This document shows, piece after piece, positions 55,503-64,000 of a stretch of DNA of 64,000 nucleotides. The translations under genes and the position numbers were made by a program. Numbering within the stretch: the stretch's first letter is position 1; the number at the start of each line of letters is the position of its first letter. The stretch spans positions 7,972 through 71,971 of the forward strand of contig CAZGOQ010000001.1 of NCBI GenBank assembly GCA_964527315.1, in the 5' to 3' direction. The notes below the pieces were generated by a model. The model saw only the letters and a program-made list of their open reading frames with translations. It did not search any database and was not told the origin of the DNA. This stretch comes from an uncultured Oscillospiraceae bacterium (lineage in GTDB: Bacteria; Bacillota; Clostridia; Oscillospirales; Oscillospiraceae).

Positions 55503-57953
55503 CTAATCCAGCGGATTGACATCCACTGATACGGTTATGTGCTTATTCCCCTGCTCCTTTTTAAACCAGATTATCAACCCGGAGAGCCGCTGCCGAAGGG
55601 ACTTGCTGTTTCGGGCCAAAAGCGTGATCTGGTAGCGGTAACGATTCATGACCCGAAGAATCCTCGCCGGCGCGGGGCCCATAACGGTCACCTTATCCGG
55701 ATACTCCTTCAAACTCTGCCCCAGCGTCTGACGGAACCGCATGGCGCCATCGGCAACCTCCCGTTCCATCTGACCGAAGAAATTGATGCGCAGGATATCA
55801 CTGTAGGGCGGGCAGCCCTGTATTTTCCGTAGAGGAAGTTCCGTTTCATAAAATGCGTCATAGTCCTGACTGGCCGCCTGTAACAGCACCTGATTTTCCG
55901 GGGTCATAGTCTGAATGATCGCTCGTCCTGCCTCCACCCCGCGGCCTGCCCGGCCGATAACTTGGGTGATTTTCGAAAAGGTGGTTTCCGCTGCGCGGAA
56001 GTCCCCGGTATAAAGCGCGCTGTCGCCGTCCAAAACGCCCACCAGCGTCACATTGGGAAAATTCAGCCCCTTGGTCACCATCTGTGTTCCAATAAGCACC
56101 GGAATTTTCTCCTGCCGGAACCGCGTCAGGATCTGATCATGGGTATTGGTGGCTGTGACCGTATCCGCATCCATGCGGATGGTTTCCATCCAGGGCCACA
56201 GCGTGTGGAGTTCCTCCTCCACCTTCTGGGTGCCAGTCCCCACAGGCCGCAGTGCAGAGCCGCACTCCGGACAGCTGCCGGAGGCCTTTTGGGAATGGCC
56301 GCAGTAGTGGCAGATCAGGCGGTCATTAGCCGAGTGATAAGTTAGGCTGACGCTGCAGCTGGGGCACATGGGCACATGACCGCAGATGGGGCAAAACATC
56401 ATCTGACTGGCACCCCGGCGGTTGAGATATAAAATGGACTGCTGTCCGTTGTGAAAATTCTCCTCCAGAGCTTCCCGCAACAGGCTGCTGATGGAACCGG
56501 AATTTCCACTTTTCAGTTCCTCCTTCATATCAGCGAAGAAAACCCTGGGAAGCTGGTTTCCATTATAGCGCCGGCGCATGACCGCCAGCTGATAAACCCC
56601 GGACTTTGCCAGAAACATCGTTTCCAGAGACGGTGTTGCCGAGCCGAGTACCACTGCCGCGCCTTCTCTGGATCCCCGCCATATTGCGACCTCTCTGGCG
56701 TGATATCGGGGATTCATTTCCGATTTGTAGCTGGATTCATGTTCTTCATCCAGCACAATCAGTCCCAAATTATGGAGCGGCGCGAACACCGCCGAGCGAG
56801 TTCCCAGCACCACAGCAGCCTTTCCGCTGCGGATGCGTTTCCATTCGTCATAGCGCTGGCCCATCTGCAGTGCGCTGTGCAGCAGCGACACCTGATCGCC
56901 GAAGTGGCTGATAAACGTACGGAGCAACTGAGGTGTCAGGGCGATCTCCGGCACCAGAACCAGCGCCGTTTTTCCCATGGCAAGCACATCGGCAATGAGT
57001 CGGAGGTACACCATGGTTTTCCCGCTGCCTGTCACACCATAGAGCAGGGAAACGCCGCCGGTATGCAGCCCCGTCCGGAGTGTCTCATATGCCGCAAGCT
57101 GCTCTTCCTGCAACACGATTGGCTCTGCCTTCTGGCCTGGCGTCACCTGGGGCCGGCGCAACACCTCCCGATGGCTCAGACTGATATAACCAGTCCGTTC
57201 CAGCGCGGAAACGGAACTGGCCGATGCGCCGGTAAAGTAGCGAAGTTCCTTGACCGAGCAGGTCCCCATCACCGCGAGCATCTCCAAAATTGCTTTTTGC
57301 ATGGGTGCTTTTTTTTTCGTCTGGGCATATTGCAGCGTTTCCTCCGGGGATGCCGTCAGGGCGGCAACCTTTTCGGTTTTGTCCCCTACGTTTCGAATCA
57401 GCATTCCCTCTGACAGGAGCATTTTTTTCCTCTTGAGCCGTTTCAGGCCAAGCGCCAGCGTATCGGCATCGAACTGTTTTCGGAGCAACGCTTCCTCCGC
57501 GCTCCCGCCCAACTCCTGCAAGTGCTGTCCAACTGCGACTGCTTCCGGACAGTCCGGAAACTTCGCAGCCAGGTTCGCATCCATGCCCAGCGCCGTCAGG
57601 ACAACCGTATCTTTGGCGTGAAACCAGAGACCGGAGGGCAACATTGCACGGATCGCTTCGAAGAAGGTACAAAAATACCGCTCCCGCAGGAATGCCGCCA
57701 GACGGAGCATGGTTTGATCCAGCACTGGCGCTTCATCCAAAACGCTTTCCACTGCTTTGAGCTGCTGTTTTGGCAGATACTCCGACGTTTCCAGCACCAG
57801 CCCTTCGCTGCGGCGGTTTCCTCTTCCAAACGGGATCGTGACCCGAACGCCTGGCACGCATTGCTCTGACAGCGATTCCGGAACCAGATAATCATAGGGC
57901 TTATCCACCCAATATACTGCAGCTGACACCGCGATTTTTGCAATTTTCATCAT
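55503..57953 (-). CDS. priA: primosomal protein N' (replication restart helicase)
   Basis: GVTGSGKT Walker A, DEEH and the Cys-rich zinc region CPICGHVPMCPSCSVSLTYH...CHYCGH. Confidence 0.95.
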   Translation of the reverse strand: MMKIAKIAVSAAVYWVDKPYDYLVPESLSEQCVPGVRVTIPFGRGNRRSEGLVLETSEYLPKQQLKAVESVLDEAPVLDQTMLRLAAFLRERYFCTFFEAIRAMLPSGLWFHAKDTVVLTALGMDANLAAKFPDCPEAVAVGQHLQELGGSAEEALLRKQFDADTLALGLKRLKRKKMLLSEGMLIRNVGDKTEKVAALTASPEETLQYAQTKKKAPMQKAILEMLAVMGTCSVKELRYFTGASASSVSALERTGYISLSHREVLRRPQVTPGQKAEPIVLQEEQLAAYETLRTGLHTGGVSLLYGVTGSGKTMVYLRLIADVLAMGKTALVLVPEIALTPQLLRTFISHFGDQVSLLHSALQMGQRYDEWKRIRSGKAAVVLGTRSAVFAPLHNLGLIVLDEEHESSYKSEMNPRYHAREVAIWRGSREGAAVVLGSATPSLETMFLAKSGVYQLAVMRRRYNGNQLPRVFFADMKEELKSGNSGSISSLLREALEENFHNGQQSILYLNRRGASQMMFCPICGHVPMCPSCSVSLTYHSANDRLICHYCGHSQKASGSCPECGSALRPVGTGTQKVEEELHTLWPWMETIRMDADTVTATNTHDQILTRFRQEKIPVLIGTQMVTKGLNFPNVTLVGVLDGDSALYTGDFRAAETTFSKITQVIGRAGRGVEAGRAIIQTMTPENQVLLQAASQDYDAFYETELPLRKIQGCPPYSDILRINFFGQMEREVADGAMRFRQTLGQSLKEYPDKVTVMGPAPARILRVMNRYRYQITLLARNSKSLRQRLSGLIIWFKKEQGNKHITVSVDVNPLD

Positions 57954-58027
57954 ATTTCTTCAAACAGCAAAAGCCACCGCCGCCTGGATGAACAGACAAA
58001 GCGGATGGCTTCCGGCCCTACCCCGTT

Positions 58028-58237
58028 TCAGTGCAGGTATTCATTCTTGACTGTTGCGGTAATTTTCCCGTCAGCAATCTCGTCAATGGCCTGACTGACG
58101 CACATCTTCTCAGAGGGGATCTTGAATTCCTCATTTTCAATTGCCACCTGACGGGCCCGGCGAGCAATCACATTGACCAGAAGATAGCGGTTTCCCACGC
58201 TTTTCAGCATTTTCGGTACGGATGGATAGAGCATCAT
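58028..58237 (-). CDS. rpoZ: DNA-directed RNA polymerase subunit omega
   Basis: 69 aa with NRYLLVNVIARRARQV. Positioned between gmk and priA. Confidence 0.85.
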   Translation of the reverse strand: MMLYPSVPKMLKSVGNRYLLVNVIARRARQVAIENEEFKIPSEKMCVSQAIDEIADGKITATVKNEYLH

Positions 58238-58839
58238 AGTAATTCCTCCATTTTCAAATAATCTGTCTTTCTCTCCGCGCGAAGCTTTTCCGCGGTCAAA
58301 ATGGAATCGACATCACGAATTGCCTGCGCTTCTATATCATTGACAACAATATAGTCATAATAAACCGCCTGGCCGTATTCCCATCTGGCCTGTTTCAGGC
58401 GTTTCTCCATATCCGTTTCGCTGGTATCTCCGCGTCTGCGAAGCCTGTTTTCTATCACGGAAAAGCTGGGCGCCACCAGAAACACCAGCACGGTGTCCGA
58501 GCATTTTTCCTTGAGCTGCATGGCGCCTTGCACATCAATATCCATAATCACATCGATGCCCTGCCAAAGCCGTTGTTCCACCGGTTCCTTCGGTGTGCCA
58601 TAAAAATTGCCGGAATACTCTGCGTACTCAAAAAAAGCGCCGTCATCGATCATTTTCTGAAACTCGGCCCGGGACTTGAAGAGGTATGTAACGCCCTCCA
58701 GGTCTCCCTCCCGCATTTCACGGGTAGTTGCGGACACAGAAAAGTACATATCCGGATGCAGCGCCAGAACGCCGGCAATCACAGTACTCTTTCCAACCCC
58801 TGATGGGCCGGAAATCACCAGCAGCTTTCCCCGATCCAT
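58234..58839 (-). CDS. gmk: guanylate kinase
   Basis: ISGPSGVGKST P-loop and a TTREMREGDLEGVTYLF motif. Confidence 0.95.
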   Translation of the reverse strand: MDRGKLLVISGPSGVGKSTVIAGVLALHPDMYFSVSATTREMREGDLEGVTYLFKSRAEFQKMIDDGAFFEYAEYSGNFYGTPKEPVEQRLWQGIDVIMDIDVQGAMQLKEKCSDTVLVFLVAPSFSVIENRLRRRGDTSETDMEKRLKQARWEYGQAVYYDYIVVNDIEAQAIRDVDSILTAEKLRAERKTDYLKMEELL

Positions 58840-59090
58840 TATTCTTCCTCCTCCGCATCCAGTCCAACTCTGTGGGCAATGGTTTCCGGACTGAGACCAG
58901 AGAGGATCACATGATCCGTGTCCATCACCAGAACAGCCTTTGTCTTTCTGCCGCAGCTGGCGTCAATGAGCATTCTGCGCTCTCTGGCCTCCTGTATCAG
59001 CCGTTTGATGGGCGCAGCATCCGGAGACACCACCGTCAAAAGCCGCTCCGCAGAGATCATATTTCCAAAGCCGATGTTCATGAACTTCAT
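58839..59090 (-). CDS. remA: RemA/DUF370 family regulator
   Basis: [60 protein letters not shown] closely follows the RemA pattern. Confidence 0.85.
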   Translation of the reverse strand: MKFMNIGFGNMISAERLLTVVSPDAAPIKRLIQEARERRMLIDASCGRKTKAVLVMDTDHVILSGLSPETIAHRVGLDAEEEE

Positions 59091-59098
59091 AGCGTCTC

Positions 59099-59977
59099 CT
59101 ATTCGATGTTCTGAATCTGTTCCCGGATTTTTTCCAGTTCCGACTTCATATCGACCACGTTTCTGGCCTGTTCCACATCGTTGCCCTTGGAGCCAATAGT
59201 ATTGGCCTCCCGATTCATTTCCTGCATGAGAAAATCCAATTTTCGACCGATCACGCCGCCCTCGGAGAGCATACTTTCCAGCTGGGCCACATGGCTCCGA
59301 AGCCGAACCGTTTCTTCATCCACGGCGACCTTGTCTGCATAAATAGCCGCTTCCTGTATGATGCGGGCTTCATCGATCCGGGTATTTTCCAAAACCTCCT
59401 GCATTTTCGCCAAAAGCTTGGCCCGGTAGGCCTCCACTGTGGCCGGACTGCGGGCCTCGATCCTGGAGACCAGTGTCAGAACGCCTTTTGCTTTTTCCAT
59501 GAGGTCGGCCCGGAGAGCCTCGCCTTCCTGCTGACGCATCTCGTCGAAAGCGGAAAGCGCATCTTCCACCACGGCGGTGATGGCGGACTTGACTTCGGTC
59601 TCATCCTCCTCCTGTTTTTCCACAAGAAGCACGTCGTGAAACTGAACCAGCGTACTGACGGAAATATCATCCCGAACCGGGCAGGTTTCCGTCAGTTCTC
59701 GCAGAGCGCTGAGATAGCCCTCCGCCACCGGATGATTCACCGTGATCCTGACATTTTCAGACCCCAGCGTGTTAATAGTCACATACACGTCCACCTTTCC
59801 GCGGGAAATGGACTTTTGCACCAGCGCTTTGACGGACTCCTCCAGATAAAGATACCCTCTTGGTAATTTCACGCCGCAATCGAGATATCGGTTGTTGACG
59901 GATTTGATTTCTACCGTAATCTCTCCGCCGGAAAAACTGCCCTGGGCCCGGCCGTAACCGGTCATGCTACGGATCAT
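59099..59977 (-). CDS. YicC/YloC family stress-induced protein
   Basis: [12 protein letters not shown]-terminus and a C-terminal [12 protein letters not shown] motif. Confidence 0.85.
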   Translation of the reverse strand: MIRSMTGYGRAQGSFSGGEITVEIKSVNNRYLDCGVKLPRGYLYLEESVKALVQKSISRGKVDVYVTINTLGSENVRITVNHPVAEGYLSALRELTETCPVRDDISVSTLVQFHDVLLVEKQEEDETEVKSAITAVVEDALSAFDEMRQQEGEALRADLMEKAKGVLTLVSRIEARSPATVEAYRAKLLAKMQEVLENTRIDEARIIQEAAIYADKVAVDEETVRLRSHVAQLESMLSEGGVIGRKLDFLMQEMNREANTIGSKGNDVEQARNVVDMKSELEKIREQIQNIE

Positions 59978-60229
59978 GGAGCCTTCCTCCCAGCCTGGGG
60001 ATGATAATAACTCCCCATTTTCATATTACTTTTGTTTATTATAGCAAATCCAGCGCTTCTTTGCAAGGGGAAAGCCTTTCTTTTCCGCAAACATCCTTTT
60101 GCTTCCGCCCTTTTCCGCAGGTCGGAGACGTTTTTTTGTTCTTTACATTGGATTCTCTTTCCTGTATAATTGGCTAAAAACCGTTGTCATTTTTCAAACG
60201 GCATATTTTATACGAAAGTGGTTGGGTAA

Positions 60230-61360
60230 ATGGCTAGAATTGAATTTGACGAATACAAAACAAAGCTGACAGAACTTGCGCCGAAGCTTGGAGCGTTGGG
60301 AGAATCGCTGGGGCTGGAATCCGCCAAAGAAGAATTGGATCGACTTCACGCCATGGCTGCTTCCGATGGCTTCTGGAACGATCCGGAAAACTCCCAGAAG
60401 GTCACCAGACAGACCCGTCAGCTGGAAATGAAAATTGAGAACTACAATAAAATGTGCAGCGATCAGGAGGATCTGCTGGTGCTCTGCGATATGGCGTTGG
60501 AGGAGGACGATGACTCCATGCTGGAAGAACTGGTGGCGGGCTTCACCAATCTGGAGCAGCGGATGGAGAACGCCCGGCTGGAAACCCTTTTGACCGGCGA
60601 ATATGACGGTAACAACGCCCTGGTCAGCTTCCACGCCGGGGCCGGCGGCACAGAGGCACAGGATTGGTGCCATATGCTTTACCGGATGTATACTCGCTGG
60701 GCCGAGCGCCATGGCTTCACCTATAAGATCATGGACTATCTGGAGGGCGAAGAAGCGGGACTGAAAAGCGCGGATATTCTCATTGAGGGGCAGAACGCCT
60801 ACGGTTTTTTAAAGGGCGAAAACGGAGTGCACCGGCTGGTTCGGGTTTCTCCTTTTGATTCCAATGCCCGGCGGCACACCTCCTTCTCCGCTATTGAAGT
60901 GATCCCGGAGATTGATGACGATGCCAACGATATAGAGATTCGTCCGGAAGACATTGAAATGCAGGTGTACCGTTCCTCCGGAGCCGGCGGTCAGCATATC
61001 AATAAGACATCCTCCGCTGTTCGGCTGATCCACAAGCCCACCGGCATTGTGGTAGCCTGCCAGACGGAACGAAGCCAGTTCCAGAACCGGGACAACTGTA
61101 TGAAAATGCTTCGCTCCAAGCTGGTAGAGATCAAAGAGCGGGAACATCTGGACAAGATCTCCGACATCAAGGGTGTGCAGCAGAAGATCGAATGGGGCAG
61201 CCAGATCCGGAACTATGTTTTTATGCCCTACACACTGGTGAAGGACACGCGCACCGGCTGTGAAACCTCGAATGTAAATGGCGTAATGGATGGCGATCTG
61301 GATCCGTTTATCAACAGCTACCTGACCTGCGCTGCCACCAATACCTGGGTGCAGAAATAA
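60230..61360 (+). CDS. prfB: peptide chain release factor 2 (single uninterrupted ORF)
   Basis: SPF tripeptide (RVSPFDS) and GGQ (SGAGGQHINKT). The reading frame is continuous from Met1 with no CUU UGA shift site. Confidence 0.9.
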   Translation: MARIEFDEYKTKLTELAPKLGALGESLGLESAKEELDRLHAMAASDGFWNDPENSQKVTRQTRQLEMKIENYNKMCSDQEDLLVLCDMALEEDDDSMLEELVAGFTNLEQRMENARLETLLTGEYDGNNALVSFHAGAGGTEAQDWCHMLYRMYTRWAERHGFTYKIMDYLEGEEAGLKSADILIEGQNAYGFLKGENGVHRLVRVSPFDSNARRHTSFSAIEVIPEIDDDANDIEIRPEDIEMQVYRSSGAGGQHINKTSSAVRLIHKPTGIVVACQTERSQFQNRDNCMKMLRSKLVEIKEREHLDKISDIKGVQQKIEWGSQIRNYVFMPYTLVKDTRTGCETSNVNGVMDGDLDPFINSYLTCAATNTWVQK

Positions 61361-61413
61361 TCGGTAGCTGCGGCAGACATCCCAAAATTTTGACAGATTT
61401 TATGAAAAAACAC

Positions 61414-61442
61414 TTGCAAATTTTCATTTGCTATGCTATGAT
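61414..61442 (+). promoter_or_regulatory. secG promoter
   Basis: TTGCAA (61414-61419), 17-nt spacer, TATGAT (61437-61442) with a TGC extension. Confidence 0.45.
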
Positions 61443-61500
61443 ATTCAACACTGTTTGAAAGATTACGTATACCGCACAGCGGCATAAATGGAGGATTATC

Positions 61501-61749
61501 ATGATTAAAACCATTGTTACAGTAATTCAGGTTGTTTTTGCATTGGCAGTGATTGCTGTCATTATGCTTCAGTCCGGTAAAAATGCCGGTCTTTCCGGCG
61601 CTATTGCCGGCGCGGCAGACAGTTTCCTCTCCAAAAGTAAAGCCACAACCTGGGACGCCCGGCTGACCCGGGCCACCAAGTGGATCGCCATTGGCTTTAT
61701 GTTGCTGACGCTGGTGCTTTCCTTGATTCCCGCTTCCACTGCGGCCTGA
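61501..61749 (+). CDS. secG: preprotein translocase subunit SecG
   Basis: 82 aa with two TM helices and MLQSGKNAGLSGAIAG. Confidence 0.85.
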   Translation: MIKTIVTVIQVVFALAVIAVIMLQSGKNAGLSGAIAGAADSFLSKSKATTWDARLTRATKWIAIGFMLLTLVLSLIPASTAA

Positions 61750-61766
61750 TCGACAAAATAAATTTT

Positions 61767-61790
61767 GCCCGGAACCTTTTGGCTCCGGGC
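61767..61790. terminator. bidirectional terminator (secG / spoIID)
   Basis: Stem GCCCGGAACC/GGCTCCGGGC (one mismatch) with loop TTTT, followed by ATTTTTATTT. Confidence 0.6.
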
Positions 61791-61794
61791 ATTT

Positions 61795-62781
61795 TTATTT
61801 GTCATAATCGCAAAGGGTCACGCCGGTATAATACCAGCTGAGAATTTCCTCATAGGTTTTCCCTTCCTGTGCCATGGTCTGGGCGCCATACTGGCTCATG
61901 CCTACCCGGTGCCCGCTTCCCTTGACCTGAAAGGTTACGGTATCCGCTGTGATCTCCATCGAAAAACAGGTGGATTTTAAGCCGAACAGCTGGCGCAGTT
62001 CCGTGCCGGAGAAGGTTTTTCCGCCGATGGTCAGCGCTGCAACTCCGCCCCCCTCCGTATAGGTCACATCCGAAACGCCAAGGTCTGTAATCTCCAGGAT
62101 TTCTTTGCATTCCTCCACTGACAGGGTCACTTCACTCTCATATTGGCTCCCCGTTTCCGGGCTTTCCACGCTGACCAGATAGGGCCGCTCACCGCCCCAT
62201 ACCGCCTGGGCGGATTCCGTCCTTCCCACAGCGCTGGAAAAATAAGTAGCGGAAATCAACGCCCCGTCGTAAGTCAGCACCTGATGATCCGTATCCCGGA
62301 CGGCAGTCCGAAGCTTTTTTAACAATTCTTCCCAGTTTTCCCCAAGCGTTTCTTCGCTCCGGGACAGAGGGATAAACGCCTGACAGACGGCGGGATCGTC
62401 AGACAGTGTGCTGCCCTCCTCGATTCGACGGAGCGTATAAGTTCTGGCCGCAACTGCCTGGGCCTTGAGGGCTTCGAGTTCAAAGAATGCTGGCATCTCC
62501 CCCATCAGAACGCCGGTAAGGTAATCCAACAGTGTCATTTTCTCCAAAGTGCCGTCCACACAGACGCTAATCCAATCGGTATCATCCTTTGGCAGCTGCC
62601 CGGCTGCAATGCTCTGGTGGATCACGATTTCCCGTACCGTTCGCGCTTCGTGCCACAGCTGTTCTGCCTCCTGCGGCGCCGCAGTTTCTGTGGCCATCCT
62701 TTTTCCCATGCCACAGATCAATAGCGGCAGAAGGACCGCCGCCACCGCTGCCAAAAGTCCCGTTACAATTCTTCTGTTCAT
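61795..62781 (-). CDS. spoIID: SpoIID/LytB-domain protein (stage II sporulation protein D-like)
   Basis: TM anchor, then EMPAFFELEALKAQAVAARTY and GHRVGMSQYGA motifs. I trimmed the start to ATG 62781 after GGGGGGAA. Confidence 0.8.
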   Translation of the reverse strand: MNRRIVTGLLAAVAAVLLPLLICGMGKRMATETAAPQEAEQLWHEARTVREIVIHQSIAAGQLPKDDTDWISVCVDGTLEKMTLLDYLTGVLMGEMPAFFELEALKAQAVAARTYTLRRIEEGSTLSDDPAVCQAFIPLSRSEETLGENWEELLKKLRTAVRDTDHQVLTYDGALISATYFSSAVGRTESAQAVWGGERPYLVSVESPETGSQYESEVTLSVEECKEILEITDLGVSDVTYTEGGGVAALTIGGKTFSGTELRQLFGLKSTCFSMEITADTVTFQVKGSGHRVGMSQYGAQTMAQEGKTYEEILSWYYTGVTLCDYDK

Positions 62782-62902
62782 TCCATTCCCCCCAAAATGC
62801 AAGACAAATAAATCGTTATTTCATTCAGATTCCTTTCCTCTCTTTTCATATGTCTGTATATTTTTTCGGCGTATTTCGTATTTATTTCGGCAAATGCTAC
62901 GA

Positions 62903-62931
62903 TTGACGCTTTACAGGAATTCTGCTATGAT
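62903..62931 (+). promoter_or_regulatory. promoter of citrate synthase gene
   Basis: TTGACG (62903-62908), 17-nt spacer, TATGAT (62926-62931) with a TGC extension. Confidence 0.45.
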
Positions 62932-62970
62932 AAAGAAAATGATTTTTGATTCTTTCAGGAGGTGCAGCAC

Positions 62971-64000
62971 TTGCCAACTTCAAATTCATCTTCCGCCTTT
63001 CTCCATACTCTATGCGAGCAGCTGCAAAACAGTACTATTTTTGATGTCACGACCCGGGACAGCGGTAGCATAAAACACGGCCTGAGAAATTCCGACGGCA
63101 CCGGTGTGATGGTCGGCTGCACAAAAATCGGCTCTGTTCAGGGCTACAGCATCATTGACGGCGAAAAATCGCCCATGGAGGGCCGCCTGATCTACCGTGG
63201 CTATGACATTTCCCAGCTGATTCGCGGATTTATGGGAGAAAACCGCTTCGGTTTTGAGGAGATCACATACCTGCTGCTCTTTGGTCGGCTGCCCAATGTG
63301 GAAGAATATCGTACCTTTCGGAAAATTATCGCCTCCAATATGGAACTGCCTCTTGGCTTTACGGAGGACATGATCTTAAAGGCCCCCAGCAGCAACATAA
63401 TGAACAAAATGGCCCGCTCCACACTGGCGCTGTATTCCTACGATGGTAATCCCGATGCGACGGATCTGCCCAACATGATTCGCCAGGCCATTGAACTGGT
63501 GGCCCGGTTTCCAACCATTGCTGCCCATGCTTATGCCACCAAGGTCCATTATTTTGACGGCGGCTCCCTGTTTCTCCACTGGCCGGTTCCGGAGTATTCC
63601 ATTGCGGAAAATTTTCTCCACGCGATCCGGCCCAATTCCAGCTTTACCGACGAGGAAGCAAAGTTGCTGGATCTCTGCCTGGTGCTTCATGCGGAGCATG
63701 GCGGCGGAAACAACTCTGCCTTTACCTGCCGGGTGCTTTCCTCTTCCGGGACCGATACTTATTCCGCGATTGCCGCCGCCATTGGCAGTTTAAAGGGGCC
63801 GAAGCATGGCGGCGCAAATCAGCGGGTCACCAATATGTTTGCGGAAATCAAAGAGAACGTCAAGGACTGGAAGGATGATGACGAAATTTCCGCATATCTG
63901 ACCAAAATATTAAAAAAAGAAGCAGGAGACGGATCCGGCCTGATTTACGGCATGGGGCACGCCATCTATACCTACTCTGATCCCCGGGCGGTCATTTTGA
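62971..64000 (+). CDS. citrate synthase family protein, 5' part (runs off window end)
   Basis: My translation from TTG 62971 (8 nt after AGGAGG) stays open to the window end. LHAEHGGGNNSAFTCRVLSSSGTDTYSAIAAAIGSLKGPKHGGAN is the citrate synthase active-site region. Confidence 0.8.
   Translation, partial: MPTSNSSSAFLHTLCEQLQNSTIFDVTTRDSGSIKHGLRNSDGTGVMVGCTKIGSVQGYSIIDGEKSPMEGRLIYRGYDISQLIRGFMGENRFGFEEITYLLLFGRLPNVEEYRTFRKIIASNMELPLGFTEDMILKAPSSNIMNKMARSTLALYSYDGNPDATDLPNMIRQAIELVARFPTIAAHAYATKVHYFDGGSLFLHWPVPEYSIAENFLHAIRPNSSFTDEEAKLLDLCLVLHAEHGGGNNSAFTCRVLSSSGTDTYSAIAAAIGSLKGPKHGGANQRVTNMFAEIKENVKDWKDDDEISAYLTKILKKEAGDGSGLIYGMGHAIYTYSDPRAVIL

Noticed and set aside
60230-60330. Expected programmed +1 frameshift site (CUU UGA C after about 25 codons) in prfB.
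   Set aside because: The RF2 frame is continuous from Met1 (MARIEFDEYKTKLTELAPKLGALGESLGLESAKEEL...). There is no in-frame UGA and no upstream short ORF. A substantial minority of bacteria lack the frameshift, so this is unremarkable.
1-64000. Searched by eye for CRISPR repeats, tRNA/rRNA/tmRNA/SRP RNA signatures, T-box or common riboswitch cores, IS elements, integrases, and defence-system or toxin-antitoxin cassettes.
   Set aside because: I recognised none. The only repeats found are the palindromic terminator family and the coding SP repeat. A by-eye scan cannot exclude small or divergent RNAs, so covariance-model scans are needed.

Overview
This 64-kb window is a chromosomal segment from a moderately GC-rich, endospore-forming Firmicute. 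I infer Clostridia of the Oscillospiraceae/Ruminococcaceae type from gene content only (gpr, spoIVA, a SipL-like gene, spoIID). It is almost entirely core housekeeping DNA.

Gene content, in order:
- cdaA-cdaR.
- A tightly overlapping murD / M42 peptidase x2 / ynbB-like / ispD / ispF operon.
- RNase P RNA (type A).
- An EF-G paralog, rlmB and ftsH.
- pyrG, gpr, rpsT, a malic enzyme gene, recG and asnB.
- asp23-yloV, gpmI and spoIVA.
- The classic yicC-remA-gmk-rpoZ-priA-def-fmt-rsmB-rlmN-stp-prkC-rsgA block.
- prfB, secG, spoIID and the start of a citrate synthase gene.

I saw no rRNA, tRNA, CRISPR array, transposase or integrase.

The points worth a second look are:
1. An AT-rich islet (about 31.4-33.0 kb) lies between pyrG and gpr. 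It has its own strong promoter, an orphan pair of a secreted Tyr-rich protein and a tail-anchored protein, a cluster of DnaA-box-like 9-mers and a perfect 15-bp hairpin.
2. A 682-aa membrane protein looks by eye like a heavy-metal P-type ATPase in which every catalytic motif is replaced.
3. The neighbouring EF-G paralog has a substituted catalytic His, switch-I Thr and NKxD Asn.
4. Near-identical palindromic hairpins of about 36 nt are reused as terminators at three or more loci.
5. A 357-nt non-coding gap carries a dense GATC/short-palindrome cluster.
6. An XRE-TPR regulator is co-transcribed with an M23 peptidase. The peptidase start codon lies in a 10-bp stem, and a truncated gene sits upstream.

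All functional calls come from by-eye motif recognition. No database search was run.
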